Shown: one piece after another, positions 39,501-48,358 of the stretch
Layout of the letters: the number at the start of each line of letters is the position of its first letter
Position numbering within the stretch: position 1 is the stretch's first letter
Origin: Pedobacter sp.
GTDB taxonomy: Bacteria > Desulfobacterota > Desulfuromonadia > Desulfuromonadales > Syntrophotaleaceae
Direction: 5' to 3'
Length of the DNA stretch: 64,000 bases
Assembly: GCA_050253415.1 (NCBI GenBank)
Contig: JBFWJC010000001.1
Span: 1,032,679 to 1,096,678 of the forward strand
The notes under the pieces: model-generated
Told to the model about the DNA's origin: nothing
The model's database searches: none
What the model saw: the letters and a program-made list of their open reading frames with translations, nothing else
Translations under genes and position numbers: made by a program

Positions 39501-39733
39501 CTACCTTCTTCGGTCTGGCACCGATGATCATGGAACGTAGCGTGCAGGCGCAGTTTCTTATCCCCATGGCCATCAGCCTCGGTTTCGGCATCATGTTTGC
39601 CACCGGCATTACCCTGCTGCTGATCCCTGCCCTGTATATGGCACTGGAGGATGTCCGCCGGATGCTGGGACTGCCGGCGGGGCATGCTGACCACAGCGTT
39701 GCGGAGCACACGGTGTCCAGCGACTTGCAATAA
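36542..39733 (+). CDS. RND efflux permease (AcrB/AcrD/AcrF family)
   Basis: GIVVDDAIVVGEN, GVVVNDS, RFRPILLTSLTT. 1063 aa. Confidence 0.93.
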   Translation: MNGAIRWMANHHVAANLLMLVFVVGGLILAPKVKQEVFPEVSLDWISVSVPYPGAGPEEVEEGILLKIEENLTGVDGIKQIKATASEGVGTVMAEVQEGMDPDKVLQDVRSEVDRITTFPLDAEKPVISKLLNRLEVISVVVYGDLSERSLRERAEAIRDELLTYPQITQVDLGGVRPYEISIEIPEQQLRRYNLTLEQVAQRVGKASLDLPGGTIRTEGGEILLRTKERRYFGPGYAEIVVVNQPDGTEVRLGDIARVRDTFAETDTSATFDGKPAAMIKIFRVGDQKPTEISDLVKRYVEDKSVNLPPNVKLATWNDTSELFESRMNLLLKNAAIGLVLVFLVLGLFLEIRLAMWVMLGIPIAFFGTLFFMPALGVSINMISLFAFILALGIVVDDAIVVGENIYEHRQRGSAYLPAAVTGSQEVGVPVVFSILTTVAAFAPLLFISGTMGKFIGVIPVVVITILLMSLVESLFVLPAHLAMGRRREAVGGVLGRIDRLRRRFGDLLDRFISGPYRRILEVCLRHRYVTLATAVACLLLAVGVVKGGIIKFTFMPEVDGDVITASLQMPPGTPVAETVKVERFIEQKAMETVAEFDSRDPAGQTVLRHFYAVVGGTLAESGPGGAVGEKSGAHLAGMALFLTKSEERGIPASDITTAWRNKVGEVPGVESLVFKSNLVRMGANIDIQMAHESFAVLSEAADRLKAELNSYPGVGDVEDSYSRGKRELKIRLKPEARTLGVTEEGLGRQIRGAFYGAEALRLQRGRNEVKVMVRYPEQDRRSLWDLETMRIRTPQGGEMPLDRAALVEEGRGYAEIKRTDRKRVINVSASVDSKTANAQEILAEVRSGLLTEMQHDYPGLTFDMEGEEKERRDSMASMVSGFQLALFAIFALLAIPFRSYSQPLIIMAAIPFGIVGAVIGHLLMGYDLSILSIFGIVALAGVVVNDSLLLIDRINQNRREGGEDLLGSLLDAGQRRFRPILLTSLTTFFGLAPMIMERSVQAQFLIPMAISLGFGIMFATGITLLLIPALYMALEDVRRMLGLPAGHADHSVAEHTVSSDLQ

Positions 39734-39784
39734 CCGCTGAAATGCCGTAAAAAGGCATACCATTCAAGTGCCAAGGAGAGTGTT

Positions 39785-40564
39785 TTGCCCATTATCGAAG
39801 ATCGCCTGTTTCGCAAGATAAAAAAGCTGACGGGAAAAGCCGTTGGCGATTTCAATCTCATCGAAGAAGGGGACCGCATTGCCGTTGCTGTATCGGGCGG
39901 CAAGGATTCCTGGACTTTGCTGCATATTCTCGACAGCCTGCGGCGCCGTGCGCCGATCCGTTACGAACTGATCGCAGTCAATGTCGACCCCGGGTTTCCC
40001 GGCTATCGTACCGATATCATGGAAGCGCATCTCAACGAATACGGTTTTGCCCACCACATGGAACGCACCGACTGTGCGACTATCATTCGGGAAAAATTGC
40101 GCCCAGGGTCGTCTTTTTGCGCTTTTTGCGCCCGGCTGCGGCGCGGTGTACTCTACTCGACAGCCACGCAACTGGGCTGTAACAAGCTGGCGCTTGGTCA
40201 TCATCTGGACGATTTTATTGAAACCCTGCTGCTTAACCAGTTCTACGTCGGCACGCTCGGCGCCATGAGCCCCAAGTTGCTCGCCGATAACGGTCAGCAT
40301 ACGGTGATCCGTCCTATGGTTTATGTGGAGGAAAGCGATATCGTAGCCTTTTCCGATGCCAATGAACTGCCACGCATCCCTTGTGGATGCCCGGAGGAAA
40401 CCCGCACCGATCAGAACCGGCAGCGCATGAAGCGTCTCGTCAGTCAGTTGGCCCAAGACATCCCGCATCTGCGCAAAAGCCTTATCGGCGCCTTGGGGAA
40501 TGTCCAGCCACGCCATCTGCTCGATCCCAATCTCAAAGATTTCGGAGTCACCGTGCCGAACTGA
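39785..40564 (+). CDS. ttcA: tRNA 2-thiocytidine(32) synthetase
   Basis: SGGKDS PP-loop, CAFCARLRRG, GHHLDD, VIRP, CGC. AAGGAG RBS with TTG start. Confidence 0.92.
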   Translation: MPIIEDRLFRKIKKLTGKAVGDFNLIEEGDRIAVAVSGGKDSWTLLHILDSLRRRAPIRYELIAVNVDPGFPGYRTDIMEAHLNEYGFAHHMERTDCATIIREKLRPGSSFCAFCARLRRGVLYSTATQLGCNKLALGHHLDDFIETLLLNQFYVGTLGAMSPKLLADNGQHTVIRPMVYVEESDIVAFSDANELPRIPCGCPEETRTDQNRQRMKRLVSQLAQDIPHLRKSLIGALGNVQPRHLLDPNLKDFGVTVPN

Positions 40565-40864
40565 TGGTTGGTGCATATTGATGTAAAATGGTATGGTCTG
40601 CCTTGAAAAATGGAGGTTTGGCCATTCAGGAATGCTGTTGCGAGTTTCGTGCATGTTGCCTGAAATGCCATTTCCGTCATGTCTTTGCAGAGATATTCAG
40701 GATTAAAACCTTAGGATGGTATTAAGGTTTCATCCTGACCATCCTGATTATCCCTGTTCTTTTAAAGGTTTTAAGGGGGGCGGATTCTCTCAGTGTCCTT
40801 TGTGAGCGCTTAGGGGATTTTCTTGCAAGTTTTGTTGACGTATCCCGATCCGTAAGGTGAGACG

Positions 40865-41629
40865 ATGACGTTTACCACACATACCAAAGCCGACCTGGAT
40901 CTGGCCAGCGAGGTTCAACAGTTACTGTTTCCCAAGGGCTCGCCCCGGTGCAAATGGTGCTGTATCGGCAGCAAAAACCGCATGGCGCGGGGCCTGGGTG
41001 GCGATTACTTCGATTTCATTCCCCTTGCGGATGGGTGCCAGGTGGTGTTTTTGGGGGATGTTACCGGTCATGGCTTGCAGGCATCGGTGGTCATGGCCTT
41101 GCTCTACGGTTTTATTCATCGCGGTACCGCATTGGACTGCAATCCCCTGGACATGGCAGCGCAAGTCAACGATTTCCTGTTCTCTTTCGCGCGACGCTCC
41201 CGCCGGTTGGATCACTTTTTTTCAACCACTCTGTTTTATGGGGTCATCGATCCTGCTACTCTTGAAATGCGCTACGTCAATAACGGACACGTAACTCCGC
41301 TGGTGCGGCGCGGACATAAAATAATCCATCTTTCCGCCACAGGCCAGCCTTTGGGTTATTTTGAAAAACCTGAAATCGTCATGCAGCAGTTTGATTTCAG
41401 ACCCGATGATCGGTTCCTGCTGTATACCGACGGTCTGGTGGAAGCTTTTAATCGGAAAGGTCAGGCTTTCGGCATGCCGGGTCTGGAACGGCTGCTGCGT
41501 CATCATCGAGGCAATCATACTGATTTTCTGGAGGGATTGTTTCAGGCGCTGGCATTGTTTGGCGCGCCTGAACCACCCGATGATGATTGTACCGCTATCG
41601 CTATCGATTTTTCTCGAACCTCGGAGTAG
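40865..41629 (+). CDS. Stand-alone PP2C/SpoIIE (RsbU-like) phosphatase
   Basis: GGDYFD, GDVTGHG, YTDGL.E, DDCT metal-binding motifs. No sensor domain. Confidence 0.88.
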   Translation: MTFTTHTKADLDLASEVQQLLFPKGSPRCKWCCIGSKNRMARGLGGDYFDFIPLADGCQVVFLGDVTGHGLQASVVMALLYGFIHRGTALDCNPLDMAAQVNDFLFSFARRSRRLDHFFSTTLFYGVIDPATLEMRYVNNGHVTPLVRRGHKIIHLSATGQPLGYFEKPEIVMQQFDFRPDDRFLLYTDGLVEAFNRKGQAFGMPGLERLLRHHRGNHTDFLEGLFQALALFGAPEPPDDDCTAIAIDFSRTSE

Positions 41630-41798
41630 ATGGCTGGGAGGCTATGTCCAGAAAAGCCTTGTCTGGCCTGTTCTGCTGTGTTAAACGAAAGGCCGCTGCG
41701 GCGGTGCCATCAATTCAGTTTGTCAGGCACTGCCGGTCATTTTCGACCAAGCCGCCAATCCCAATATCCTTCCGGTTTGTCGTCCAGGAGATTCTTTT

Positions 41799-44756
41799 AT
41801 GGCTCAATGTGAATATCGCGTAGGTGACCGACAGCACGGATTCGTAGTGACTTCAGTGTCGCCTTTACCGGAGCTGCACGCAACCTTGGTGCAGTTGCAT
41901 CATGAGCGCACCGGCGCCCGTCTGGTACACCTCGACCGGGACGATGACAATAACCTGTTCGGGGTCGGATTTCGTACTACCCCGCAGGATTCCACTGGTG
42001 TGGCACATATCCTTGAACATACCGTGTTATGCGGGTCCAAGCGTTATCCCGTGCGCGACCCTTTCTTTACCATGCTCAAGCGCAGTCTCAGCAGCTTCAT
42101 GAATGCGCTGACGGCGAGCGATTGGACCTGCTACCCTTTTTCATCTCAGAACCAGGCCGATTTTTACAACCTGATGGGGATTTACCTCGATGCGGCATTT
42201 TTCCCGCTTTTGCGGGAACGGGATTTCCGTCAGGAGGGGCATCGCCTTGAATTCACCGATCCGGCTGACGGCGATTCGCCCCTGCAGTTCAAGGGGGTGG
42301 TTTATAACGAGATGAAGGGTGCCATGGCCGATCCTTCTTCGTTGCTGCATCGACGCCTGACCCGGGCCCTTTACCCGACCGTAACCTACGGATTCAATTC
42401 CGGCGGCGAACCGGCCGATATCCTTGATTTGACCTACGAACAACTCAAGGAGTTTCACTCTACCTATTATCACCCGGCCAACGCGTGGTTCTTCACCTAC
42501 GGCAACCTGCCGCTGGAAGGTCATCTTAAAGTCATCGAGGAGCAGGCGCTTAGCCAGTTCGGTCCGCTACAGGTCAACAGTGCCATCCCTGACGAGGTCC
42601 GTTTTCCAGAGCCTCGCAAGGTCGTGGAGACTTTCCCGGTAGATGCAGGAGAGTCGCTCGCCCGTCGTTCCATGGTCCAGTTGGCGTGGTTGACTTGTCC
42701 GGTCTCCGATCAGTTCGAACGGCTCGGCATGATGCTGTTGTCCGAATTGCTGCTTGGTAATCCGGCCGCGCCGCTGTACAAGGCCCTGCTCGATTCTGGT
42801 CTGGGGCAGAATCTTGCGCCTGGCACAGGATATCACGACGATTATCGCGAAACCTACTTTGCCGTTGGTTTGCAAGGTGCCGATCCCGAAGCCGTCGACG
42901 GTATAGAAGCTCTGGTTCTGAATACCCTGCAGGAAACCGTTCGGAATGGGTTTTCCTCTCAGCAGATTGAAGCGGCTATTCATCAACTGGAGTTCTCCTA
43001 CCGCGAGGTTAATGGGGATCAATATCCTTACGGTCTGTTATTGCTGATGCGCATGTTCGGTTCCTGGCTGCATGCTGACGATCCGGTATCGCCACTGTGT
43101 CTGGAAAAAGATCTGGTGCGTTTGCGGCAGGAACTCGCCAACGGTCCGTTTTTTGAGGATCTCATCCGTCGCCAATTGCTTGATAACGCCCATCGCGTTA
43201 CCTTGCTGCTGAAGCCCGATGCTCAGCAGAAAGAACGTGAAGAGCAATTACAGCGTTCACGTCTGGAAACCATAGAGAAGAATCTGACCGCCAGAGACCG
43301 GGAGGAACTGGTCAAACTGGGAGTAGCGCTGCAGCATGCTCAGGAGGCCCCCGAGGATCTGTCGTGTCTGCCGACTCTGGAGCTGGAAGATATCCCGTCC
43401 AGTCAGCCGCTGGTATCGTGCGAAACCTATGAACGCCAGGGAGTGCAGGTCCGCTGGTTTGAACAACCTACCAACGGGATCGGTTACTTTGCCGCCAACC
43501 TGGATATTGGTGATTTGCCGAGTGAACGGCTTAAGGATTTGCCATTGTTCTGCTCGCTTTTGACCAAAATCGGAGCGGCAGGGCACAACTATCTGGAGAT
43601 GGCAGAGCGTGTTACCGGTGCTACCGGTGGCGTGCAGGCCAGTGCTGCTATTTTTGACAGCCCTAAAAGCCTGGATGAGTTTCAGCTCGCCGTCGAACTG
43701 CGCGGCAAAGCATTGCAGCGAAATCAGCAGAAAATGTTCGAGATTCTCAGGGATTTCTGCACCGCGCCCGATTTTTCCGACTTGAAGCGTTTACATACTG
43801 TTCTGCAACAGATGAAGACCTCCCTGGAAAATTCCGTTCCCGGGTCCGGTCACAGTTATGCTTCGCGGGTTGCGGGAGGTTCCCTGACCTCCGCCGGACG
43901 TCTGCGCGAAGAATGGAGCGGTCTGCACCTGATCCGGATCGTAAAAGAACTGGCAGCCAGGCAACCGGAACAACTTGCCGAGTTCGCACAAAGCCTGCAG
44001 CATCTGGCCTCGCTGGTGTTTCGCCGTGATCGTTTGCGTTGTGCGATTACCGCCGAAGAAGCCGTTTTTAAAGAGATGGGTCCGGCCCTTGATGCATTTC
44101 TGGCGGATCTTTCCGCAGGGGATGGGATTGCGGCTGCCGCTGCAAGGCCCACCCCGTTTGAGGTAAAGGCTTCAGGTTGGTATACCGCGGTGCCGGTGTC
44201 GTACGTGGCCCGGGTCTTTCGAGCGGTTCCGCTTGAGCATCCCGATGGTGCTGCTTTAATGGTTTTGGCCAAGCTTCTGCGTGGCGGGTATCTGCATCGC
44301 GAAATTCGTGAAAAGGGTGGCGCTTACGGTGGCATGGCTAACTATGATGCCCAGGGTGGATTGTTTGCCATGCTTTCCTACCGTGATCCCCATTTGCTGC
44401 GTACTCTGGATGTATATAAGGATGCTGTCCAATGGGCGGCTGAAGGTCAGTTCGCCGCTGTTGATATTAAAGAGGCTATTCTCGGCGTGTTCAGCCAGCT
44501 TGATCGTCCCCTCTCTCCGGGGGGCAAAGGCATTCGGGAATTTCACTATCTCTTGCAGGGTTTGACGCCGGAAGCGCGGCAGGCTTTCCGGCAGCGCATC
44601 CTGGCGGTGGATGCCGCCACGATCTCCAGGGTTGCCCGGTGTTACCTGGTGGATGGTTGGGACGCCAGCGCCGTGTCGGTGGTCGCGGGGGAAGATATGT
44701 TGCAGGCCGCCAATCGTAAACTCGGTGATGCGTCACTGGTCCTGGAACGTATCTGA
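41799..44756 (+). CDS. M16C zinc peptidase (presequence protease/insulinase family)
   Basis: HILEH (HxxEH), PVRDPFF, GVVYNEMKG, IREKGGAYG, SYRDP. Confidence 0.92.
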   Translation: MAQCEYRVGDRQHGFVVTSVSPLPELHATLVQLHHERTGARLVHLDRDDDNNLFGVGFRTTPQDSTGVAHILEHTVLCGSKRYPVRDPFFTMLKRSLSSFMNALTASDWTCYPFSSQNQADFYNLMGIYLDAAFFPLLRERDFRQEGHRLEFTDPADGDSPLQFKGVVYNEMKGAMADPSSLLHRRLTRALYPTVTYGFNSGGEPADILDLTYEQLKEFHSTYYHPANAWFFTYGNLPLEGHLKVIEEQALSQFGPLQVNSAIPDEVRFPEPRKVVETFPVDAGESLARRSMVQLAWLTCPVSDQFERLGMMLLSELLLGNPAAPLYKALLDSGLGQNLAPGTGYHDDYRETYFAVGLQGADPEAVDGIEALVLNTLQETVRNGFSSQQIEAAIHQLEFSYREVNGDQYPYGLLLLMRMFGSWLHADDPVSPLCLEKDLVRLRQELANGPFFEDLIRRQLLDNAHRVTLLLKPDAQQKEREEQLQRSRLETIEKNLTARDREELVKLGVALQHAQEAPEDLSCLPTLELEDIPSSQPLVSCETYERQGVQVRWFEQPTNGIGYFAANLDIGDLPSERLKDLPLFCSLLTKIGAAGHNYLEMAERVTGATGGVQASAAIFDSPKSLDEFQLAVELRGKALQRNQQKMFEILRDFCTAPDFSDLKRLHTVLQQMKTSLENSVPGSGHSYASRVAGGSLTSAGRLREEWSGLHLIRIVKELAARQPEQLAEFAQSLQHLASLVFRRDRLRCAITAEEAVFKEMGPALDAFLADLSAGDGIAAAAARPTPFEVKASGWYTAVPVSYVARVFRAVPLEHPDGAALMVLAKLLRGGYLHREIREKGGAYGGMANYDAQGGLFAMLSYRDPHLLRTLDVYKDAVQWAAEGQFAAVDIKEAILGVFSQLDRPLSPGGKGIREFHYLLQGLTPEARQAFRQRILAVDAATISRVARCYLVDGWDASAVSVVAGEDMLQAANRKLGDASLVLERI

Positions 44757-44869
44757 CCGGTAGGCCCGGTAAGCAGGCTTTTGTCTTGGGCCAAAGTGTG
44801 CTACCGTTGGTTCGGTTTTGATCCTCTTTCGGCGGGATGGTAATAAAAAATGCTAGGGAGCTCCATTTG

Positions 44870-45784
44870 ATGGAAAAATTGCTGTCCACCAAAGAAGTTG
44901 CGCAGCGTCTCAGTGTCAACGAAAAGATGGTTTACACGTTGATTACCGAAAAGGGATTGCCCGCGACCAAAATTACCGGCAAGTGGTTGTTTCCGGCCCA
45001 TCTGGTGGAGCAATGGGTCGAGAGCATGACCATCAATTATCCGACCGGGACGGCCGAGTTGCCGCACAAGAGCGGGTTGTTGATGATTGCCGGAAGCGAC
45101 GACATCCTCCTGGACCGATCGCTGTCGTTGTTCATGCAACTCAATGTCGGCTCTGTCGTATTGTTTGGTGCAATAGGGAGCCTCGGTGGGCTCAAGGCTC
45201 TGCGGGGTGGCATGTGTCATATTGCAACCAGCCACCTGGCGGAAGACAACGAAAAAGATTACAATTTCTCCTTCGCTGCCAGCGAACTTGAGGCGCTGCC
45301 GGCGGTGGTCAATTTTTGCCGTCGCGAACAAGGTCTGATTGTCGCCAAGGGGAATCCCCATGGTATCCGCAGTTGCCGAGATATCGCTGAAAAAGATCTG
45401 ACCGTGGTCAATCGGCCTCTCGGCGCCAGCACCCGCATTATTTTCGATCAACAGTTGCAGGAAGCCGGCATCAAGTCGGCCCGTATCAAAGGCTATGGTA
45501 ACGAAGTGTCTCATCACCTTGATATCGGTCTTGAAATTCTGAGCGGGCGGGCGGATATCGGTCCGGGCATCCGGCCTGCGGCCGCCCTGCTGGGGTTGGA
45601 TTTCCTGCCTTTGCGTTGGGAGCGTTTTGACCTTCTGATCCCCAAAGACTGTTTTTTTGACAAGTCCATTCAACAATTTCTGGGCATGTTGCATGAGCCT
45701 GCTTTTCAAGATCTGGCCGCCAGTCTGCCAGGATATGAATTAAATCTTTCCGGACGCATGTTGTTTCCCGGCGAGTCCCGTTGA
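44870..45784 (+). CDS. Excisionase-like HTH + PBP-like (molybdate/tungstate-binding) regulator, TaoR-like architecture
   Basis: LLSTKEVAQRL..KMVYTL..LPATKITGKWLF HTH, then GSDD, GSLGGL, REQG, NRPLGASTR, ERFDL. Directly upstream of tupA. Confidence 0.8.
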   Translation: MEKLLSTKEVAQRLSVNEKMVYTLITEKGLPATKITGKWLFPAHLVEQWVESMTINYPTGTAELPHKSGLLMIAGSDDILLDRSLSLFMQLNVGSVVLFGAIGSLGGLKALRGGMCHIATSHLAEDNEKDYNFSFAASELEALPAVVNFCRREQGLIVAKGNPHGIRSCRDIAEKDLTVVNRPLGASTRIIFDQQLQEAGIKSARIKGYGNEVSHHLDIGLEILSGRADIGPGIRPAAALLGLDFLPLRWERFDLLIPKDCFFDKSIQQFLGMLHEPAFQDLAASLPGYELNLSGRMLFPGESR

Positions 45785-45892
45785 TTGCCGTCCTCATGTT
45801 TTCCCCTCCCGCCTCGCAATCTTTACAAATATCGTATACTCTCAGGTAGTTAAGCCTGAAGCGATTTTAAGTAATTTGCTCAAAAAAGGCCG

Positions 45893-45928
45893 TTGACTCC
45901 GAAGCGTTGTCACTGATATGTTATAGCG
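45893..45928 (+). promoter_or_regulatory. tupA promoter (TTGACT / TG-A-TATGTT) overlapped by a ModE-box-like site
   Basis: CGTTGTCACTGATATGTTATAGCG (45905-45928) has the 24-bp CG...CG spacing of ModE operators. Confidence 0.5.
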
Positions 45929-46029
45929 CAAAGTGGGATTCCCCTCATGGAAATTCTTTTTTTCATGGCGGGTTGATTATTGTTATTAACAGGGGAAAAA
46001 CATCATCACCCAAATCGAGGAGGATCAAC

Positions 46030-46836
46030 ATGAAATCAGTTTTTCGTATTCTTGGTGGCAGTCTGCTGCTGCTGGCGGTTTTTTGCACTGGTGCTATGGC
46101 TGCCGAGCATCTGAAGCTTTCTACTACCACTTCGACCGATAACTCGGGCTTGCTCAAAGCTATTTTGCCCGCATTTGAACAAAAATACGACTGCAAGGTC
46201 GATGTCATTGCCGTCGGTACCGGTAAGGCTCTCAAGATTGCCGAAAACGGCGATGTGGATGTTACCTTGGTTCATGCTCGCAGCAAAGAGGACAAGTTTG
46301 TTGATGCCGGGTTTGGCGTTAACCGCCGCGATGTCATGTATAACGACTTTGTTATTATCGGTCCCGCCAAGGATCCTGCCGGCGTTAAAACCGCCAAATC
46401 AGCCGCCGAAGCCATGAAGAAGATTGCTGCTGCCAAAGCCTTCTTTGTGTCCCGTGGTGACGATTCCGGTACCCACACTAAGGAAAAAGGTCTGTGGAAA
46501 GCCGCCGAAGTTGCTCCCAAGGGCGACTGGTACATCGAAGCCGGTCGTGGCATGGGAGAGGTTATCACCATGGCCAACGAGCGCCAGGGTTATGCCCTGA
46601 CCGACCGTGCTACCTATCTCGCTTACAAAAGCAAAATCGAACTACCGATTGTTTGTGAGGGCGACAAGGCCATGTTTAACCCCTACGGTGTGATTGCCGT
46701 TAATCCTAAATTGCATCCCCATGTCAAGTACGATCTGGCTATGGCTTTCATCGCTTACCTGACTTCCAACGAAGGCCAGAAGGCCATCAGCGATTTCAAA
46801 GTAAACGGTAATCAGCTGTTTTTTGTTTATGAATAA
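46030..46836 (+). CDS. tupA: Tungstate ABC substrate-binding protein
   Basis: Signal peptide, TTTS tungstate motif, GTGKAL, VHA, MYNDF, SRGDDSGTH, DRATY, NPY. Confidence 0.93.
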   Translation: MKSVFRILGGSLLLLAVFCTGAMAAEHLKLSTTTSTDNSGLLKAILPAFEQKYDCKVDVIAVGTGKALKIAENGDVDVTLVHARSKEDKFVDAGFGVNRRDVMYNDFVIIGPAKDPAGVKTAKSAAEAMKKIAAAKAFFVSRGDDSGTHTKEKGLWKAAEVAPKGDWYIEAGRGMGEVITMANERQGYALTDRATYLAYKSKIELPIVCEGDKAMFNPYGVIAVNPKLHPHVKYDLAMAFIAYLTSNEGQKAISDFKVNGNQLFFVYE

Positions 46837-46856
46837 GCAGTGCTGGTTGTAATATT

Positions 46857-46893
46857 AACGCCCTGTCAGTTATTCTGACAGGGCGTTTTTTTT
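46857..46893 (+). terminator. Terminator after tupA
   Basis: AACGCCCTGTCAG-TTATT-CTGACAGGGCG followed by T8. Confidence 0.85.
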
Positions 46894-46938
46894 CATGGGT
46901 GATTATTCAATGTATTCCCAATCGTCGGTGAGGGGCAC

Positions 46939-48054
46939 GTGAAAATCGGTAGTTTTGAATTCAATATGCGTGAATTGGGTGGGGCCATGGGGGATTTTGG
47001 CACCCTGTTTCCGCTGGCTATCGGCTATATCGTGGTGTGCGGGATGAATCCCGCCGGTTTGTTGGTGATGATGGGACTTGCCAATGTGGCTACCGGCCTG
47101 TTTTACCGCTTGCCGATGCCCATTGAACCGATGAAGGTCTTGGCGGTAGTGGCGATTGCTGAAAAATGGCCGCCTTCCATGGTTTATGCTTCGGCATTTT
47201 CCATGGGAGTAGTCTGGATGATCATGTCGGTCACCGGTCTAATGAGTCTGCTCGCCCGTATTACGCCTGAATCGGTGATTCGTGGCATTCAGGTGTCCCT
47301 CGGCGTCATGCTGGCTGTTCAAGCGTTACAGATGATTTCCTCCGGATGGGCTCTTGGTGTTGTGTCGATTGCAGTGGTTCTTTTATTGCGGCAGAATCGC
47401 TTTGCGCCGGCGGCGGTGGTGCTGGTGCTTATGGGGGTGGTGGTCATTTATCTCCATGGACAGTTTACGGGATTGCCTGCCCCCGCGTTCGCCTGGCCGG
47501 GAATTTACTCCTTCGATATGCAGGAGGCCTGGCAGTCGATGCTGCGCGGTGGTTTTTCCCAACTTCCGCTGACTGCAACCAATGCCGTGATCGCCACGGC
47601 GGTATTGATTCGCGGATATTGGCCCGATCGTCCTGTCTCTGAGAAAAAACTGGCTCTGAATATGGGCATTATTAATTTAGTCGTGCCGTTTTTTGGCGGA
47701 ATGCCCATGTGCCACGGCGCTGGCGGGTTGGCGGGGCAGTACTATTTCGGTGCACGTACGGGCGGTGCCAATGTGATAGAAGGAGTGATTGAAATCGGCC
47801 TGGGTTTATTTTTAGCCGGTTCGATTGCCGGTTTGTTTGCCGCATTCCCCCTGGCTATCGTGGGAGCTATGATGTTGCTGGTCGGCATCGAATTGACAAA
47901 ATGCGTAAGGGAGGTGTCCTGGGATTGGCAATTGTTTCCTACCGCACTCACTGTGATTGTTTGTCTTTGGACAAACATGGCGTATGGATTTCTTGTCGGC
48001 ATGGTGATGCATCATGGATGGAATATCCTGCGTGCTAAAGCCCCGATGTCATAA
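46939..48054 (+). CDS. MOT1-family sulfate/molybdate transporter
   Basis: ELGGAMGDFGTLFP, PMPIEPMK, QLPLT..NAV, GGMPMCHGAGGLAGQY.FGARTG motifs. Confidence 0.9.
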   Translation: MKIGSFEFNMRELGGAMGDFGTLFPLAIGYIVVCGMNPAGLLVMMGLANVATGLFYRLPMPIEPMKVLAVVAIAEKWPPSMVYASAFSMGVVWMIMSVTGLMSLLARITPESVIRGIQVSLGVMLAVQALQMISSGWALGVVSIAVVLLLRQNRFAPAAVVLVLMGVVVIYLHGQFTGLPAPAFAWPGIYSFDMQEAWQSMLRGGFSQLPLTATNAVIATAVLIRGYWPDRPVSEKKLALNMGIINLVVPFFGGMPMCHGAGGLAGQYYFGARTGGANVIEGVIEIGLGLFLAGSIAGLFAAFPLAIVGAMMLLVGIELTKCVREVSWDWQLFPTALTVIVCLWTNMAYGFLVGMVMHHGWNILRAKAPMS

Positions 48055-48160
48055 CTGGCGCGTGACCAGAGAATGATGCTTATCTTGCCATCATGGATGG
48101 CCAAGATATAATACTATAGTGAGGCTCGGTCATAGGCACTCAACGGAAAGGAGAAAGGAC

Positions 48161-48358
48161 ATGCGCGTTCAAGACGGTGATGTATTTGTTGCTAAAGCGG
48201 GTGAGTATGACGTAGAGTTGACCGTGACCAAGGTCTGCAAAGGGGACGTTTGCTGGACGGAATGCGACGCGGATCTGGCCTGTAACGGTCTACCAATGGT
48301 GCCCGTTTCAGCCGGAGCGCGGTTGTCCGAACGCCGCCCTGATCGAAAGGGGCTGTGA
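48161..48358 (+). CDS. Small Cys-containing hypothetical protein (65 aa)
   Basis: Strong AAGGAG/AAGGA RBS, four Cys, and a terminator-like hairpin + T-run downstream (about 48442-48469). Confidence 0.55.
   Translation: MRVQDGDVFVAKAGEYDVELTVTKVCKGDVCWTECDADLACNGLPMVPVSAGARLSERRPDRKGL

Noticed and set aside
44870..45030. Excisionase-like HTH as a sign of a prophage or ICE
   Set aside because: It is fused to a PBP-like domain beside tupA, with no integrase or phage genes, so it is a regulator.
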